Shown: in pieces, positions 60,521 through 64,000 of the stretch
Numbering within the stretch: position 1 is the first letter of the stretch
Layout: each line of letters starts with the position of its first letter
Source of the DNA: Azolla caroliniana
Lineage: Eukaryota > Plantae > Polypodiophyta
NCBI GenBank assembly: GCA_043228905.1
Contig: JBHGNT010000003.1
Location: forward strand, 15,748,001 to 15,812,000
Length of the DNA: 64,000 nucleotides
Reading direction: 5' to 3'
Position numbers and translations under genes: made by a program
The notes under the pieces: model-generated
Databases searched by the model: none
Seen by the model: the letters and a program-made list of their open reading frames with translations, nothing else
What the model was told of the DNA's origin: nothing

Positions 60521-60951
60521 GCCGGATGCCGTCGTTTACCGGTGCCGTCGCCGGATCACCGGCTCCATCGCCGGTCCGGTTTTGGTTGGCCAAAACCCTT
60601 TACGAGTAGCTAGCCCACCTCCACTCTTAGTTCAAGTTACCTTGAACTCTCTATGCTCCACACATAGGCCGGAGCCTCGCCGGATGTCGCTGCCGGATCA
60701 CCGGCTCCATCGTCGGTCCGGTTTTGGTTGGCCAAAACCCTTTACGAGTAGCTAGCCCACCTCCACTCTTAGTTCAAGTTACCTTGAACTCTCTATGCTC
60801 CACACATAGGCCGGAGCCTCGTCGGATGTCGCCGCCGGATCACCGGCTCCATCGTCGGTCCGGTTTTGGTTGGCCAAAACCCTTTACAAGTAGCTAGCCC
60901 ACCTCCACTCTTAGTTCAAGTTACCTTGAACTCTCTATGCTCCACACATAG
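60521..60951. repeat. 142-bp tandem repeat, about 3 near-identical units, each with several hairpins
   Basis: CCGGATCACC recurs at 60551, 60693 and 60835. Confidence 0.92.
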
Positions 60952-63439
60952 ACACAAAGATAATATCTTTTGCTCCACCTTATATATGATGAGAGCCGTA
61001 TTTGTCGTGCCTATGTGGGATATCTCACAATTTTCTCTTTTCCTTTCACAAACTTTATACCCTCATATCTTGACATTTAGTTGTCCGTTTCTCGTGTAAT
61101 AAAGTGCATTCGAAACCTCCATCATTTTGTACTTAGATATTAAGTTTATTTAAAATGTTATCTTCACAATTATTGTATTATGTGATTCATACTCGATTTC
61201 GTACGTTTTATGGGATTTTCACACTATTGCCGAAAATCTTCACGACAACGCATCGATTTCCTAATTAATAAATATGTCACACCTAGTATATTTACATCAG
61301 CCGTCCTATTCCTAGTTATGTACAATGTATCAATTCGCACACACTCGTGCAAGGGCGGGGTCACATCTTTAATTCCTTGATTCCACTTCAGGCTGGTTTT
61401 CTTCACGATAATGGAATGTTGGTATTGTGGCAAGAAAGGCCACCGAGAAAGCGAGTGCTGGAAGAAGTGCGCCTATTTGGATAAATCCGGATCCGGCAAG
61501 GCCAGACACGGGAACCGACAAAGTTCACACTATGCAGAAGGATCGGAAGTCAGAGCCGGCATGTGATGAAATATCCTTCAGGCAAATTGTCAAGAGCCTA
61601 ATCTATCTGACAATCGCCCAACCTGACCTAAGTTATCCAATCGGACTGATCAGTCAATTCATACAAAACCCGACAATCAAACACATGTAGTGGTTGCACC
61701 ACATACTATGGTATGTAAGTGGCACTTGTGATCATGGGTTGTTGTGCAGGGGCGGTACAGTTGACCAACAGTATGGCTACACGAATGCCGATTGGGCCGA
61801 AAATGCAACAGATTGCCGATTGACATCAGACTTCATGTTCTCCCTATGGAATGCAATTATCTCCTGGAGCAACTAAAGGCAATCGATAATGGCCTTGTCC
61901 AGCACAGAAGCAGAGTATCGAGGAGCAGACGCAACGACTTGCTAAGCGATTTGGCTAAAGAGACTGCGGAAAGATTTACAAGTGACGATTTCGGAACCAA
62001 TTCCGATCCATTGCAACAATCTCAACACCATCTACCTCACAAAAAAACTTGTCTTCCATGCTCACACAAAGCACATAGAAGTGCATTACCATTTCGCGCG
62101 AGCGTGTCCTTAGTGGTGAGGTCAACTTGTGTTCCATTCGAACTGATCAGCAAGTTGCCGACATCTTCACCAAGGCGCTTGGACTAGACAAGCTACGTCA
62201 ATTTTCAAAGATGCTTGGCTAGCAGCATCTCGACATGCCTTGCTTGAGAGGGAGACGAGCAGAGCCAACTGAACAACAAGCTAGGGGGAGGGTTGAAAAG
62301 GTTGAAGCAGGCGAACGAGATGGAGCTAACGGGCCGAAGGGCCAAAGCACGATAAGGTCGAAAGGGCCGATAAGGCCAAAAGCCAAAAAGGCTGGAACGA
62401 TTAGAGCCGAACATCTGATACCACACAAGCTTGAGAGGGGGTGTTGAGATAACAGGCTCAATTGACTTATTGACTTTATTATAGTTAGAATTCATTGTAG
62501 CTAGAATTTTTATATCATGTTTGGAATTTGGCCCCCATTTGTATTTTATCTTTATAGGAAGAATCTAGTCTCGACATCATGTCTAAGATCTATCTATCAT
62601 TTGTAAAGCAAGTTGTAATATCAAATTAAAGTTTTCCTCTATAGCTAATGCCATTGACCCAAATTCTTCATTGAAAAAATAATGGTGAAATTTAGCTCTT
62701 ATTGGAGGGGTTCAACCCTACATTCTATCCATTTTCGGATTTGAACCTTACACCCAATGTATATGACAATACTATTCTTGATAGGTTAGGTTGCCTTGCA
62801 TCTACTTATATAACTTTCTCTAGTTTGCAAGCCATGAATTACTACATTACAACATGCACAAAATCTAGGTGCAAATCATCATATACTAAGTTATAAACCA
62901 CTCTTGTGTTATGGATGTGGGTACAAATCACATATCTCATTATTAGACACCACATAATGCAAATCATGAATTCCACATTGACAACATTCACAAAAAATGG
63001 TCCCCTTCAATTGAGTGGTGTTGCCTCAATTACCACAAGAGCCACATTGTTTCCCCCTTGATAAGTGATATGAATTAACTACCATGGTTCATTGTGTGTT
63101 GGGGGTTGTAACATTGAACAAAGGGCATCATGTTTGGAATTAATGATACACCCTCTCTCCCCTAACAAGAGACCAAGCCATTTCTACCATTGGCATATCA
63201 TAGTTATCTTGGGCAATAGGTGACTAATTAGAACTATCTTGGAGCAATGTGTCAAAGGGAAATTCCACTAGGCCATATACTTAAGTTTTTTAGTAAAATT
63301 AGGGATTTCTACCTTTCTTTCCTTTCCATGTAATGCTTGTAACCATTTATTCATCTCACTTCCCCCTCTCTCGAACAACTTAATAATTTCAATATTTTTC
63401 TCTCTAACTAATTCTTTGAAACCACACTTGTGATGCATT

Positions 63440-64000
63440 TTGTCATTTTTTGTTTTCTTTATTATCGATCTTCCGACACTTTGTAATGACCACAAGATAG
63501 GATATCCCGTCGAGCCTTTGAGGCATCCCGATCCCTACATGCATCTGGAGACACTAGCTCTAGGTATAGCACTGTGGTGAGTTGGTTACTTGCAAACAAC
63601 ATAGACATTAATAACCTACCACCCCTTAAGTACAACCATGGGACTGATCAAACTCTAATATCTCATGAAGACCGTAATAAAGTGATACACCAAGAAATAT
63701 GGAAAATTTAAACTCGATATAAATGGATCACCCCACAAGAGCCACTCCCATCTAAAATGTTGTACTATAAGGAACACTTCTTGCACTTCTCTCAGTTAGG
63801 TTTTATTACACGACCAAGATATCTAGATACATACTTATCAAATACACTAAGGGTGGCCATTGGACAACTTAGGATATTATCTCACCAACTTGAGATTGAG
63901 AATGGTCGGGCTAATAGAGTCCCTAGAGAGGAAAGTCTATGTAGGTTGTGTCACATCGAGATAGAGGATGAGTATCACTTCACATGCAAGTGCCCAACTT
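63440..64000 (+). mobile_element. LINE ORF2 3' fragment with a C-terminal CCHC knuckle (RTEX/L2-like)
   Basis: 63808-64000 reads TRPRYLDTYLSNTLRVAIGQLRILSHQLEIENGRANRVPREESLCRLCHIEIEDEYHFTCKCP. Confidence 0.8.

Larger units (their letters stand above)
59928..61247 (-). mobile_element. Element F: 1320-bp solo LTR of the TGTCG lineage with perfect 12-bp terminal inverted repeats
   Basis: Ends TGTCGTGAAGAT...ATCTTCACGACA. TSD ACGT/ACGC, and the empty site in E's other LTR reads ACGC. Left end resembles U5 of D. Confidence 0.88.
47087..61410 (-). mobile_element. Element E: older Ty3/gypsy of the TGTCG lineage, hosting D and F
   Basis: 3' LTR 47087-47717; 5' LTR 59456-59927 + 61248-61410. TSD ACGG/ATGG. 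tRNA-Trp PBS 59434-59451. PPT 47718-47729. Decayed gag, RT (FLDDIPIKG), RH and INT. Confidence 0.93.
45300..62600 (+). mobile_element. Element G: copia (5' LTR 45300-45730, gag) hosting a solo LTR and element E; gag fused by deletion to an RT-end/RNaseH segment; LTR start at 62442
   Basis: PBS TGGTATCAGAGC 45731-45742. Gag continues after E as ECWYCGKKGHRESEC (61415+), then jumps to RQIVKSLIYLT...ADIFTKAL. PPT 62433-62441. Right end unresolved. Confidence 0.75.

Noticed and set aside
62414-62423. Reverse PBS-like TGGTATCAGA just before a PPT
   Set aside because: Only 10 nt, with no adjacent LTR end in that orientation and absent from the two related copies.

Overview
Land-plant nuclear DNA, probably from a non-seed plant such as a fern or lycophyte (inferred from the TE lineages). 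A two-gene island holds an intronless subtilase (23494-26004) and an intronless F-box gene (28620-30557), followed by a hAT remnant, a hAT MITE and LINE debris. Two deeply nested LTR-retrotransposon clusters flank it, and I resolved them by LTR pairs and target-site duplications (TSDs). Left cluster: an intact young Ty1/copia (B, 2259-7764) sits inside the 3' LTR of an antiparallel relative (A, 1582-13454), creating a multi-kb inverted repeat. Right cluster: copia elements and a distinctive Ty3/gypsy lineage (C, D, E, F, K). That lineage has TGTCG...CGACA termini, an 18-nt tRNA-Trp primer site, and a Gag-protease ORF joined to Pol by a predicted -1 frameshift (GGAUUUU plus pseudoknot). Its 4-bp TSDs read (C/G)CGT in element orientation in all four resolvable insertions, suggesting CpG-targeted integration. 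One solo LTR of this lineage (F) also carries a tRNA-like Pol III module followed by three structured 142-bp repeats. Element letters are my own labels. All counts were made by eye and no database searches were possible.
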